Virus record (IMG/VR): IMGVR_UViG_3300047369_000650
Coordinates: 64,001 to 128,000 of that record
Reading direction: 5' to 3' (one strand)
From: a virus
Length of the DNA: 64,000 nt
Part shown: positions 36,254-45,461 of the stretch, piece by piece
How the letters are laid out: each line of letters starts with the position of its first letter
How positions within the stretch are numbered: position 1 is the first letter of the stretch
The notes under the pieces: generated by a model
Seen by the model: the letters and a program-made list of their open reading frames with translations, nothing else
Told to the model about the DNA's origin: nothing
Database searches by the model: none
Position numbers and translations under genes: made by a program

Positions 36254-36552
36254 CTCAACCATCATATGCATTTAAAAAAGATTTACAGTTATTAATTCAA
36301 AGACATCGAATAGATGATCTTTGTGGAAAACCATCATATACAGTAACGGAATATATAATGAAACAAATTGAAGCTTATCAAAGAGAACACGTGCAGCCAA
36401 AAAACTGGTGGGGCGATATAAATAGTATTGCACCCTCACCAGTTTACGAAAAAGGCTACCCTTCTTACGAAGCGGTCAATATAGAAAAGCCTATCCAAGA
36501 AAGATACCACGAATATATGGGTCGAATGTTAAAGGAAGAAAAAGATGAGTGA
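36250..36552 (+). CDS. Hypothetical protein
   Basis: ATGA overlap with the previous gene. Confidence 0.7.
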   Translation: MTQPSYAFKKDLQLLIQRHRIDDLCGKPSYTVTEYIMKQIEAYQREHVQPKNWWGDINSIAPSPVYEKGYPSYEAVNIEKPIQERYHEYMGRMLKEEKDE

Positions 36553-36805
36553 TATATTTGATTTTGGTTTTACCGCCGTAGATGAAGATGAACTTCAGGC
36601 AGTACAACAAACACAAGCTTTGGCCAGTAGTGCAGAACAAGTAGCTACTACAACACAGGATAAACTTGATAAACTTTATAATGCTGTTATTCCTCTTTTA
36701 AATAATCTTAAGGCTAATCCAGAGAAGGAATATATTCTCTGGCCGAATCGGTTAGCAAAGGTAGAAGCCTTTGAAACACATCTAACAGATATATACAAAT
36801 CATAA
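36545..36805 (+). CDS. Hypothetical protein
   Basis: AGGA Shine-Dalgarno and overlapping start; MSDIFDFGFTAVDEDEL. Confidence 0.7.
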   Translation: MSDIFDFGFTAVDEDELQAVQQTQALASSAEQVATTTQDKLDKLYNAVIPLLNNLKANPEKEYILWPNRLAKVEAFETHLTDIYKS

Positions 36806-36842
36806 AAATCATAAGTTATTCTTTTTATTAGATTCTTTTTTC

Positions 36843-36871
36843 TTTACATTACACATAAAATATGCTATTTT
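36843..36871 (+). promoter_or_regulatory. Probable early promoter
   Basis: TTTACA-17 nt-TATTTT, followed by a GAGGA Shine-Dalgarno. Confidence 0.6.
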
Positions 36872-36899
36872 GTAAGAGTAGAAAGAAAGAGGATCTATA

Positions 36900-37544
36900 A
36901 TGCAAATCGTAATTACTTCAGACCAAAGAGAACTATTCCACAGTCTTAAAGCAAAAGACTGGAATCGTGAAGCTATTGCTGCTTATCTAAAGTATGAAAG
37001 TAAAAAGAAATCTGTAATTCGCAATAAAAGAATTACGCTTGGATCTGATTCTCAAAGATCAAAAACTTATAGTGCAGAATTTGCTTACCATAAAAAGTTT
37101 GGTTACGGTAAGCAATTCGAGACAATCAAAGATTGCCAAAAATATACTAATAAAATAACTAATTCAGCTACTTGGAAAAAACTAGTAAAAGAATCTAGGC
37201 ACGAACATCGCAGAAATGTTTCAGTAGAGACTCTTGGTGGCCATAGATTTGCTGGCATGTCTCACGGATATAAAATTCGTCTTAATACTACAGGTATGAA
37301 TGAGTATGTCATACTTCACGAATTAGCACATAGTGCAGGATACATGCACCATGATGTTGGATTCCGTATTTGTTTACTAAAGCTTGTATCACGTTTCTTA
37401 GGTAGAGAACAAGCTCAGGAATTAAAGAGCCAATTTAAAGCTCGTAAACTTAAAGTAACGATTAGTAATCATATTAAATCTCCAGAGCAGTGGCTCAAGA
37501 CATATGAAAGATTAGAAAGTGCTAGGGCTGCGAGAGCAGCCTAA
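36900..37544 (+). CDS. HExxH (SprT-like) metallopeptidase-like protein
   Basis: YVILHELAHS...HDVGF. Confidence 0.65.
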   Translation: MQIVITSDQRELFHSLKAKDWNREAIAAYLKYESKKKSVIRNKRITLGSDSQRSKTYSAEFAYHKKFGYGKQFETIKDCQKYTNKITNSATWKKLVKESRHEHRRNVSVETLGGHRFAGMSHGYKIRLNTTGMNEYVILHELAHSAGYMHHDVGFRICLLKLVSRFLGREQAQELKSQFKARKLKVTISNHIKSPEQWLKTYERLESARAARAA

Positions 37545-37580
37545 TACTTTTGGATATGGAAAAGATAATGAGTATAGGTA

Positions 37581-37622
37581 TGCATTTTAGGGGTTTACAA
37601 ATCATTAGAAATATGATATGTT
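37581..37622 (+). promoter_or_regulatory. Early promoter
   Basis: tgcattttaGGGGTTTACA-17 nt-TATGTT. Confidence 0.8.
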
Positions 37623-37647
37623 GTAACTATAATAAAAAGGAATAAAT

Positions 37648-38235
37648 ATGATTGACAATATGAATAAAATAATCTTAACCGACTGCGACGGTGTTCTTAT
37701 GAACTGGGAGTTTGCTTTTAATCTTTGGATGAAACATAAAGGTTATAATATCTCTCCAGAAAATGAACATGCCTATGATATGGGTCAACGTTATGGTTTA
37801 GATAGCCAGACTAAAAAATTAGTTGTTCAAACTTTTAATGAGTCTGCAGCTATTGGCTTTTTGCCACCACTACGTGATGCAATGTATTATGTAGATTTGC
37901 TCCATCGGAAACATGGTTATGTTTTTCATATGGTCACTTCTTTGTCATTAGATCCTTCAGCTCAAGCTCTTCGGATTGAAAATACTAAAAAGTTATTCGG
38001 AGAAACCGCTTTTACTAGTTTCTCTTTTGCAGACACTGGTGCAGATAAAGATGATGTACTAGAACCCTACAAAGGTAGTGGTTATCTTTGGTTAGAAGAT
38101 AAAACAGAAAATGCCGAACTTGGTGATCGGCTTGGATTAGAAAGTATCCTAATTGAACATGGTCACAATATGAATAATAAACAATTCCCTTTAATGAAAA
38201 ACTGGAGCGATCTGTATGAGTATATCACTGGCTGA
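37648..38235 (+). CDS. HAD-family 5'-nucleotidase/deoxyribonucleotidase-like protein
   Basis: ILTDCDGVL, MVTSLS and WLEDKTEN. Confidence 0.75.
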   Translation: MIDNMNKIILTDCDGVLMNWEFAFNLWMKHKGYNISPENEHAYDMGQRYGLDSQTKKLVVQTFNESAAIGFLPPLRDAMYYVDLLHRKHGYVFHMVTSLSLDPSAQALRIENTKKLFGETAFTSFSFADTGADKDDVLEPYKGSGYLWLEDKTENAELGDRLGLESILIEHGHNMNNKQFPLMKNWSDLYEYITG

Positions 38236-38428
38236 ACTATTAAGACTAAGATCAGAATATGAAGACTTGGCAAGAAGTTTTGATATTGCTGAGGATAAAC
38301 GTCATGGAGTTATAAATAGCTTAGAGTGGTTTAAACGATATGGTAATCGTAAAAACAGATTTAGAAATGGTTATGACAGAGCAATAGAAATATGCAATGT
38401 CATGCTAAGAGAAATTAAAAGGGAATAG
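38216..38428 (+). CDS. Hypothetical protein
   Basis: 70-aa ORF; contains an internal TATAAATA. Confidence 0.65.
   Translation: MSISLAELLRLRSEYEDLARSFDIAEDKRHGVINSLEWFKRYGNRKNRFRNGYDRAIEICNVMLREIKRE
38311..38318 (+). promoter_or_regulatory. Late promoter embedded in the upstream ORF, probably serving the 38431 fibre gene
   Basis: Exact TATAAATA about 110 bp before 38431. Confidence 0.55.
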
Positions 38429-38430
38429 GA

Positions 38431-40839
38431 ATGCCATCAAAGTCAGTCCTTATAGCACAAGCTTTTAGTAAAACGGGAGTCTTATCTACAGTTGTAGATT
38501 CGGCTCCTTCAGTTAATACTGGACAAGTAGATGTAGCTACATCAGCCGATTTACCTAATACAGGTAATGATGTAGGCGATCAAGCTTTTGTTCAGGAAAC
38601 TAATAGATTATACATATGGAGTGGTTCAGGTTGGTATAACATTGCATTAATTAATACTACTCCTACGTGGGATTCTAACGGTCAACCAGAAAGTTCTTAT
38701 GTGTTGGATGTTGATAGCCCACAAGATGCAACAGTTATTACTCTTGCTGCTAGTGACCCAGAAGGAATTCCGATAACCTATGAATATATTACGAGTGGTC
38801 AAATGGATAGTATTGCTACCGTATCTCAGGATTCCTCCGTGTTTACTATTACACCAAAAACAGAAGCTCAGGTGCCTGATGGTGGTACGGGATCCATTAC
38901 TTTTAGAGCATCTGATGGAGTTAATATTTTACCTCAAGTATCAAGTTTCACTCTTAATTTTAGTACAAGTATTGCAAATACCAAATATAACACGTTATTA
39001 GTTACAGTAACTGACACGTCGGATAACAATAACATTACTGATGCATCAGTTAATAACCATTTAATTACTGTAAATGGTGATGCTCATGCTGGTACGTTTA
39101 GCCCATATAGAAGTGGTGGATATTCTACTTACTTTGACGGCTCTGGCGATTATTTGACTGCAACAGGCACAGCTATAGGAACAGGAGATTTTACACTAGA
39201 GGCATGGATATATACTGCATCATTTTCAAACTACCGAACTATTTTTACAAATAGAGGTTCATCAAATTCCACTGGCAACTTTGTATTGGGTGTAGATTCA
39301 GCGGCTCAAGTTTATCTTTATAGCAATAACTTTTTAATTACTTCATCGAGTACATTATCGGCAAACACTTGGCACCATGTTGCACTCGTTCGTAATGGCA
39401 CTGGCTCAGGATCAACAGTTTTATATATTGATGGTTCTTCTGTTGGTTCTGCAGATGTCAGCAATAATTTTTCAGACACAGCCTATGATATTGGTGGAGA
39501 TACAGTCGATAGCTATCACTGGAACGGTTATATCTCAGACCTTAGAGTTAATATAGGTACAGCAATATATATCTCTGCCTTTACTCCACCAACTAAGAGA
39601 CTAACAGCTATAACAAATACTTCCCTGCTTACCTGTCACTTGCCATACATTGCTGATGGCTCAACTAATAATTACTCTATCACAGTAAACGGCAATGTTA
39701 CTACAAAACCATACTCACCTTACGACTACGACGAATACGATGCAGACGTTCACGGCGGGTCTGTGTACTTTGATGACACATTTGATTCTTTGCAGCTTCC
39801 AGGCAATATTAATTTAGGTGGTGATTTTACCGTAAGTGCTTGGATTTATATGCAAGGAACAAGTAAAGCGGTTATATTAGGATCTACCTACCCGCCTAAC
39901 TATCAGTTTTTTATTGATAGTAGTAATGTAATCGGTTTTCACGATAACACAACAACGGTAAATGGCACTGGAATAGTCCAAAGAGATAAATGGAATTATT
40001 GTGTTTGGTCAAGGTCTGGATCAAATATTAGTATGTATGTCAATGGTGAATCTAGGGGAACCGGAACTTCTAGTGCAACCTTTCAAATGAGATATGTAAG
40101 CAGTCTTGGTAACCAATATGATTTTTTTAATGGGTATATATCTGATCTGCAAATAAAAACAACTTCAACTTCGGCAGCTAATGCAGTTCCACCAACAGCA
40201 CCACTATCTTCATCTGGCACATCTCTACACATCAAAGGCACAGACGCTTCTATCATAGATAAATCTCAAGTTTCTAACCTAAAGCTTGTTGGTAATACTA
40301 CTGGATCAACTACTCAGGTTAAGTTTGCTAATACTAAGTCTATGTATTTTGATGGGAGTGGAGATTATATTGATACCAATAAAAATTTACAGGGAGATTT
40401 TGGTACAGGTGATTTTACTGTTGAAGGATGGTTTTACTTAAATGAGGCTATTGGTGCTGTCAGAGTTTTATTGGGTTCTGGTACAGGTGATGGCAATGAT
40501 GAGTTTATGCTGGTTCTTGAATCAAATGGTAAACTGACTTATGATTGGTTTAGCGTGTCGGATTATATTCAAAGCACCTCAACGATTACTGCATATACTT
40601 GGCATCATATAGCACTTACCAGATCAGGAACACAACTTGATCTTTGGTTAGACGGTACTAGTGTTGCTAGTAATTCAAGTCATTCATACAACTATAACGG
40701 AACATCTACTTTTAAAATCGGAATGTCAAGAGCTGGCGCCTTTTTTTGGAATGGATATATCCAAGATGTGCGAATTACAAATGGTCTAGCAAGATACACC
40801 GCAAACTTTACACCACCAACAGCTTCATTAGAAGGTTAA
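38431..40839 (+). CDS. LamG-domain fibre tip, paralog of 8558-11029
   Basis: Same N-terminal module and near-identical C-terminus RITNGLARYTANFTPPTASLEG. Confidence 0.8.
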   Translation: MPSKSVLIAQAFSKTGVLSTVVDSAPSVNTGQVDVATSADLPNTGNDVGDQAFVQETNRLYIWSGSGWYNIALINTTPTWDSNGQPESSYVLDVDSPQDATVITLAASDPEGIPITYEYITSGQMDSIATVSQDSSVFTITPKTEAQVPDGGTGSITFRASDGVNILPQVSSFTLNFSTSIANTKYNTLLVTVTDTSDNNNITDASVNNHLITVNGDAHAGTFSPYRSGGYSTYFDGSGDYLTATGTAIGTGDFTLEAWIYTASFSNYRTIFTNRGSSNSTGNFVLGVDSAAQVYLYSNNFLITSSSTLSANTWHHVALVRNGTGSGSTVLYIDGSSVGSADVSNNFSDTAYDIGGDTVDSYHWNGYISDLRVNIGTAIYISAFTPPTKRLTAITNTSLLTCHLPYIADGSTNNYSITVNGNVTTKPYSPYDYDEYDADVHGGSVYFDDTFDSLQLPGNINLGGDFTVSAWIYMQGTSKAVILGSTYPPNYQFFIDSSNVIGFHDNTTTVNGTGIVQRDKWNYCVWSRSGSNISMYVNGESRGTGTSSATFQMRYVSSLGNQYDFFNGYISDLQIKTTSTSAANAVPPTAPLSSSGTSLHIKGTDASIIDKSQVSNLKLVGNTTGSTTQVKFANTKSMYFDGSGDYIDTNKNLQGDFGTGDFTVEGWFYLNEAIGAVRVLLGSGTGDGNDEFMLVLESNGKLTYDWFSVSDYIQSTSTITAYTWHHIALTRSGTQLDLWLDGTSVASNSSHSYNYNGTSTFKIGMSRAGAFFWNGYIQDVRITNGLARYTANFTPPTASLEG

Positions 40840-40862
40840 TTTCAAGTTCTAATAATTTTTTA

Positions 40863-40870
40863 TATAAATA
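40863..40870 (+). promoter_or_regulatory. T4-type late promoter
   Basis: TATAAATA upstream of gp13. Confidence 0.8.
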
Positions 40871-40901
40871 GTAGCAAATACTATTTTATAGGAAAGTTAT
40901 A

Positions 40902-41657
40902 ATGGCTGCAGTTACCTCAAGAGATGAATTATCAGAGTATTGTTTAAGAAGACTTGGCGCTCCGGTTATCGACATTAATGTAGATCCAGATCAAATAGAA
41001 GATAGAATAGATGAAGCACTTGAGTTTTTTCAAGAGTTTCATTCTGATGCCACTGTTCGTACTTACTTTAAGCATCTTATAACAGCAGATGATGTAACCA
41101 ACGAATATATCACAATGCCTAATAACATAGACATTGTTTCTAAACTTTTTCCAGTATCAAGTTCAAGTAATAATAGCATTGATATGTTCAGTGTTAAGTA
41201 TCAAATGATGCTTAATGACATTACTGATTTACAGAATTTTGCAGGTGATCTTGCATACTATACTCAGCTACAGCAATATTTAACTTTAATTGATATGAAG
41301 TTAAATGGCTTGCCTCAAGTTCAGTTTTCGAGACATCAACGCAGATTATATATTTTTGGTGACTTTAAAGATAATGATATAAAAGCTGGTGACTATATTG
41401 TAGCTGAGGTATATCAACTAATTGATCCAGAAACTCATACTAGTGTATATAATGATAAATTTATAAAAGCCTATACTACCGCTCTGATCAAGAGACAGTG
41501 GGGAGCTAATCTTATAAAATTTGAAGGTATGCAACTTCCAGGCGGCGTAATGCTAAATGGTAGACAAATTTTTGAGGATGCAATGCAGGACATTGAAAAG
41601 CTTGAAGAGAATATTCGTCTTGAGCACGAAATGCCAGCTGACTTTTTTGTAGGATAA
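40902..41657 (+). CDS. gp13: Neck protein gp13
   Basis: YCLRRLGAPVIDINV, KRQWGANLIKFEGMQLPGG; synteny. Confidence 0.9.
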   Translation: MAAVTSRDELSEYCLRRLGAPVIDINVDPDQIEDRIDEALEFFQEFHSDATVRTYFKHLITADDVTNEYITMPNNIDIVSKLFPVSSSSNNSIDMFSVKYQMMLNDITDLQNFAGDLAYYTQLQQYLTLIDMKLNGLPQVQFSRHQRRLYIFGDFKDNDIKAGDYIVAEVYQLIDPETHTSVYNDKFIKAYTTALIKRQWGANLIKFEGMQLPGGVMLNGRQIFEDAMQDIEKLEENIRLEHEMPADFFVG

Positions 41658-41660
41658 CAA

Positions 41661-42623
41661 ATGGCCTTAAATCACTATTTTAATCAAAAGGCTAAAAATG
41701 AACAGAGTCTCTATGAAGATATAATCATAGAAAGTCTAAAAATATATGGTCAAGATGTTTATTACTTACCTCGTGAGATAGTAAATGAAAATGATATTTT
41801 TGGCGAAGATGTTCCATCTAAATTTTCTTCTGCTCATAAGATAGAAATGTATATTGAAAATACTGAAGGCTTTGATGGAGAAGGTGATCTATTTACAAAG
41901 TTTGGTGTTGAGATAAGAGATGCTGCTACATTTATAGTTTCAAGAAAAAGATGGGCTAATGTAGTCGGTCAGATGAATAATCAAATAGAAAGTATTAGAC
42001 CAAGAGAAGGAGATTTAATTTATCTTACTCTGACTAATAAACTATTTGAAATTATGCATGTTGAACATGAGCAACCTTTTTATCAATTAAGTAATTTGCC
42101 CACATTTAAACTTAGATGCGAATTATTTACATATAGCGATGAGAGACTCAATACAAATATTGGAGCTATTGATGATATTGAAAAATTGGGTTACAATCTT
42201 CAGTTAAATATGGATCAAGGTGTCGATAGTATTAATTCAGCATTTTCATATGACTTTATGGAAGGCGAATTTGTACAACAAACTCAATCAAGTGGTAAAA
42301 TTCTATCTGCGGAAGTTCTTGAATACAATCAAGCAGAAAACTATATTGTTGTGTCACATATAAGTACAAGTGATGGTACTTATGGTACATTTGTGCCTGG
42401 CATTATTACCAATACGAGACTAAGAAATATCTCTGGTGCTCTTGCATTCTTAGGTGATTCAGAAAGATCAGTATCAAGAACACTTATTTCTATAGACGAA
42501 AATGTTTATGGAGATAGCAGCTTTGCTCAAAATGATATATTTGATACAACAGAAAACTCATTTGATTTGGACTTCTTAGATTTCTCTGAGAACAATCCAT
42601 TCGGCGATCCAGAGGATTTATAA
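41661..42623 (+). CDS. gp14: Neck protein gp14
   Basis: ESLKIYGQDVYYLPRE, FTKFGVEIRD and ENNPFG; synteny. Confidence 0.9.
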   Translation: MALNHYFNQKAKNEQSLYEDIIIESLKIYGQDVYYLPREIVNENDIFGEDVPSKFSSAHKIEMYIENTEGFDGEGDLFTKFGVEIRDAATFIVSRKRWANVVGQMNNQIESIRPREGDLIYLTLTNKLFEIMHVEHEQPFYQLSNLPTFKLRCELFTYSDERLNTNIGAIDDIEKLGYNLQLNMDQGVDSINSAFSYDFMEGEFVQQTQSSGKILSAEVLEYNQAENYIVVSHISTSDGTYGTFVPGIITNTRLRNISGALAFLGDSERSVSRTLISIDENVYGDSSFAQNDIFDTTENSFDLDFLDFSENNPFGDPEDL

Positions 42624-43402
42624 TGTTTACATATTTTTATCATCAGAGAATTAGAAAATCAGTTGCTTTATTTGGTACTCTTTTTAATGACATTTATGTT
42701 ATTCGTAAAGATAAGACTGGTAAATCTATTAGTCAGATAAAAGTACCTTTAGCATACGCACCAAGAGAAAAATATCTTGAAAGAATTAGAACAAATCCTG
42801 ATTTACAAAATAATTCACAAATTGCTCTTAAACTTCCAAGAATGTCTTTTGAGATTACAAGTATTGGATATGATCCTGAAAGAAAACTTCCAAAATTAAA
42901 TAATTATCATAAAGGTGTCACTAATACAACACGTGATAAATTCTTTTCTCCAAGCCCGTATCAAATTACGTTTCAGTTAAATATATTTGCAAAGAATCAA
43001 GACGATGCTTTACAAGTAGTAGAGCAAATACTTCCATATTTTAATCCACAATATACTATTAGTATTAAACCATTTACTGATACACACTCAGATATTGTGG
43101 AAGATGTTCCTATTACAATTCAAGGTGTTAATTTTAGTGATGATTTTGAGGGTGCGCTTGAGAATAGAAGAACAATTATTTACACACTAGATTTTGGAAT
43201 GTCTGTTAACTTCTATGGTCCGATAGATGCTAAGAGCATTATTCGTCAGACAGATACTACTATTCATGATGCTATTGATTTTAGTATTACAACAGATCCT
43301 AAACTGCAAAGAATTACTACAACACCTAATCCACTATCTATTAATCCAGATAGTGATTATGGTTTTACCACAACAATATTAGAAGATTTTGATTCAGGTT
43401 AA
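42623..43402 (+). CDS. gp15: Tail sheath stabilizer/terminator gp15
   Basis: FGTLFNDI, VPLAYAPREK, LPRMSFE and EQILPYFNP. Confidence 0.92.
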   Translation: MFTYFYHQRIRKSVALFGTLFNDIYVIRKDKTGKSISQIKVPLAYAPREKYLERIRTNPDLQNNSQIALKLPRMSFEITSIGYDPERKLPKLNNYHKGVTNTTRDKFFSPSPYQITFQLNIFAKNQDDALQVVEQILPYFNPQYTISIKPFTDTHSDIVEDVPITIQGVNFSDDFEGALENRRTIIYTLDFGMSVNFYGPIDAKSIIRQTDTTIHDAIDFSITTDPKLQRITTTPNPLSINPDSDYGFTTTILEDFDSG

Positions 43403-43416
43403 ATCGGAGTAAATTT

Positions 43417-43794
43417 ATGAGTGATGAAAAACACGAAAATGTAGATGATGATTTTGAATATTCAAGAAGAACATACTACGATTTAATTGAAAAAGGTCAA
43501 GGCGCTCTTGAGGAGATGATGGAGGTTGCCAAGCAACTTGAACACCCAAGAGCATTTGAGGTGGTTTCTGGTATGATAAAAAATATATCAGATGTTAATG
43601 ATCGTCTTATGGATCTTCATAAAAAGAAAAAAGATTATAATAAAAAAGATATAGTCAAACCTGTTGATGGTACAACTAATAATAATCTTTTTGTTGGTTC
43701 TACAGTGGAACTACAACGTATGCTTCAAGATATGAATAAAGAACAAGATAACGTAATTGATATTACTGATAGATTAAATGATGAACCAAAATGA
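43417..43794 (+). CDS. gp16: Terminase small subunit gp16
   Basis: HPRAFEVV...NNNLFVGST.ELQ; synteny. Confidence 0.9.
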   Translation: MSDEKHENVDDDFEYSRRTYYDLIEKGQGALEEMMEVAKQLEHPRAFEVVSGMIKNISDVNDRLMDLHKKKKDYNKKDIVKPVDGTTNNNLFVGSTVELQRMLQDMNKEQDNVIDITDRLNDEPK

Positions 43795-45373
43795 ATCGTA
43801 CTTAGGTAACCCAAACGTAAAGCGTGATGGTGTTGTACAACAATGGACACAACAGGAAATAGCCGAGTATATGAAATGCTCTCAAGATGCTGGGTATTTT
43901 GCAAAAAAGTATTGTAAAATTATATCTCTTGATAAGGGTTTGGTGCCCTTCACCTTATATGCATATCAAGAAAAAATGTTTAAACATTTTAATGATAATA
44001 GATTTTCTATTGTTCTTGCTTGTCGACAATCGGGTAAATCTATCTCGTCTGTTGCTTACTTACTTTGGTTTGCTCTATTTCATCCAGAAAAAACTATTGC
44101 TGTAATGGCAAATAAAGGTGCTACTGCCAGAGAAATGCTGGGTAGAATTACTCTTATGCTTGAAAACTTACCATTCTTTTTACAGCCAGGATGTAAAGCA
44201 CTTAATAAAGGTTCTATAGAATTTAGCAATAATTCAAGAATAGTTGCAGCTGCCACATCTGGTTCTTCTATTCGTGGTATGTCTGTTAACTTACTATATC
44301 TCGACGAGTTTGCTTTTGTAGAAAGAGCAAATGAATTTTATACATCTACATATCCGGTTGTATCTTCTGGTAAAGATACCAAGGTTATTATTACCTCTAC
44401 AGCAAATGGTATCGGTAATGTATTTCACAAGATATGGGAAGGTGCTACGCAGGGTGTTAATGAGTATAAGTCATTTAGAGTAGATTGGTGGGATGTTCCA
44501 GGAAGAGATAAGGAATGGGCAAAGCAAACTATTGCTAATACATCTCAATTGCAGTTTGACCAAGAATTTGGTAATACATTCTTTGGAACCGGGGATACTC
44601 TCATTGGCGCAGAAACTTTATTATCTCTAAGGCGTAGAGATCCTATTCAGACTACTAAAGAAGGTGTTAAAATATATGAAAAGCCCATAAAGGGGCATCA
44701 GTATATTATGACTGTGGATGTCGCGAAGGGTAGAGGTCAAGATTATTCGACTTTTAATTTACTCGATGTGACTGCTAATCCGTTTAAACAGGTTGCTGTC
44801 TATCGCAACAATACTATCTCTCCATTACTCTACCCAAATATTATTTATAAATTTGCAGAAAGCTACAATCAAGCAATGGTAGTAATTGAATCAAATGATT
44901 CTGGTCAAGTTGTTTGTAATGGATTATATCATGAACTAGAATATGAAAACATGTTTGTTGAATCAACCGTGAAAGCAAATTCTCTTGGTCTACTTATGAC
45001 TAGAAAAGTTAAACGTATTGGTTGTTCTTCTTTTAAAGATTTATTAGAAAACCAAAAAATAGAAATAGTAGATGAAGATACTATACTTGAGATATCCACT
45101 TTTGTTGCAAAGGGTCAATCATATGAAGCATCTCAAGGTAATCACGATGACCTAGTTATGAACTTTATTATGTTTAGTTATTTTAGTGGAACAATATTCT
45201 TTAATGAAATAACAGACATTAATATTAAACAAATGATGTTTGAAGAAAGAATGCAAGAGATTGAAAATGATGTACTTCCATTTGGGTTTATAGATGATGG
45301 ATTAGATCAACAACCGCAATATGATCCAGATCGTGATGGATGGGCTGTAGAATATAGTCACGAAAACTTCTAA
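43778..45373 (+). CDS. gp17: Terminase large subunit gp17
   Basis: RQSGKS Walker A, LYLDEFAF Walker B, and nuclease motifs VDVAKGRGQDYS and HDDLVM. Confidence 0.97.
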   Translation: MMNQNESYLGNPNVKRDGVVQQWTQQEIAEYMKCSQDAGYFAKKYCKIISLDKGLVPFTLYAYQEKMFKHFNDNRFSIVLACRQSGKSISSVAYLLWFALFHPEKTIAVMANKGATAREMLGRITLMLENLPFFLQPGCKALNKGSIEFSNNSRIVAAATSGSSIRGMSVNLLYLDEFAFVERANEFYTSTYPVVSSGKDTKVIITSTANGIGNVFHKIWEGATQGVNEYKSFRVDWWDVPGRDKEWAKQTIANTSQLQFDQEFGNTFFGTGDTLIGAETLLSLRRRDPIQTTKEGVKIYEKPIKGHQYIMTVDVAKGRGQDYSTFNLLDVTANPFKQVAVYRNNTISPLLYPNIIYKFAESYNQAMVVIESNDSGQVVCNGLYHELEYENMFVESTVKANSLGLLMTRKVKRIGCSSFKDLLENQKIEIVDEDTILEISTFVAKGQSYEASQGNHDDLVMNFIMFSYFSGTIFFNEITDINIKQMMFEERMQEIENDVLPFGFIDDGLDQQPQYDPDRDGWAVEYSHENF

Positions 45374-45384
45374 ACTCTTTTTTA

Positions 45385-45392
45385 TATAAATA
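45385..45392 (+). promoter_or_regulatory. T4-type late promoter
   Basis: TATAAATA upstream of gp18. Confidence 0.8.
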
Positions 45393-45461
45393 CTATTAAT
45401 TGAATATAACCGTATTATGAAATAGCTTATAATTTACCAAAATGGAAAAAAGGAAAGAGAC

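Noticed and set aside
8558-40839. Diversity-generating retroelement (VR/TR) explaining the paralogous fibre ends
   Set aside because: No reverse transcriptase in the window; mismatches between copies are mostly synonymous and not adenine-specific; both copies are intact genes.
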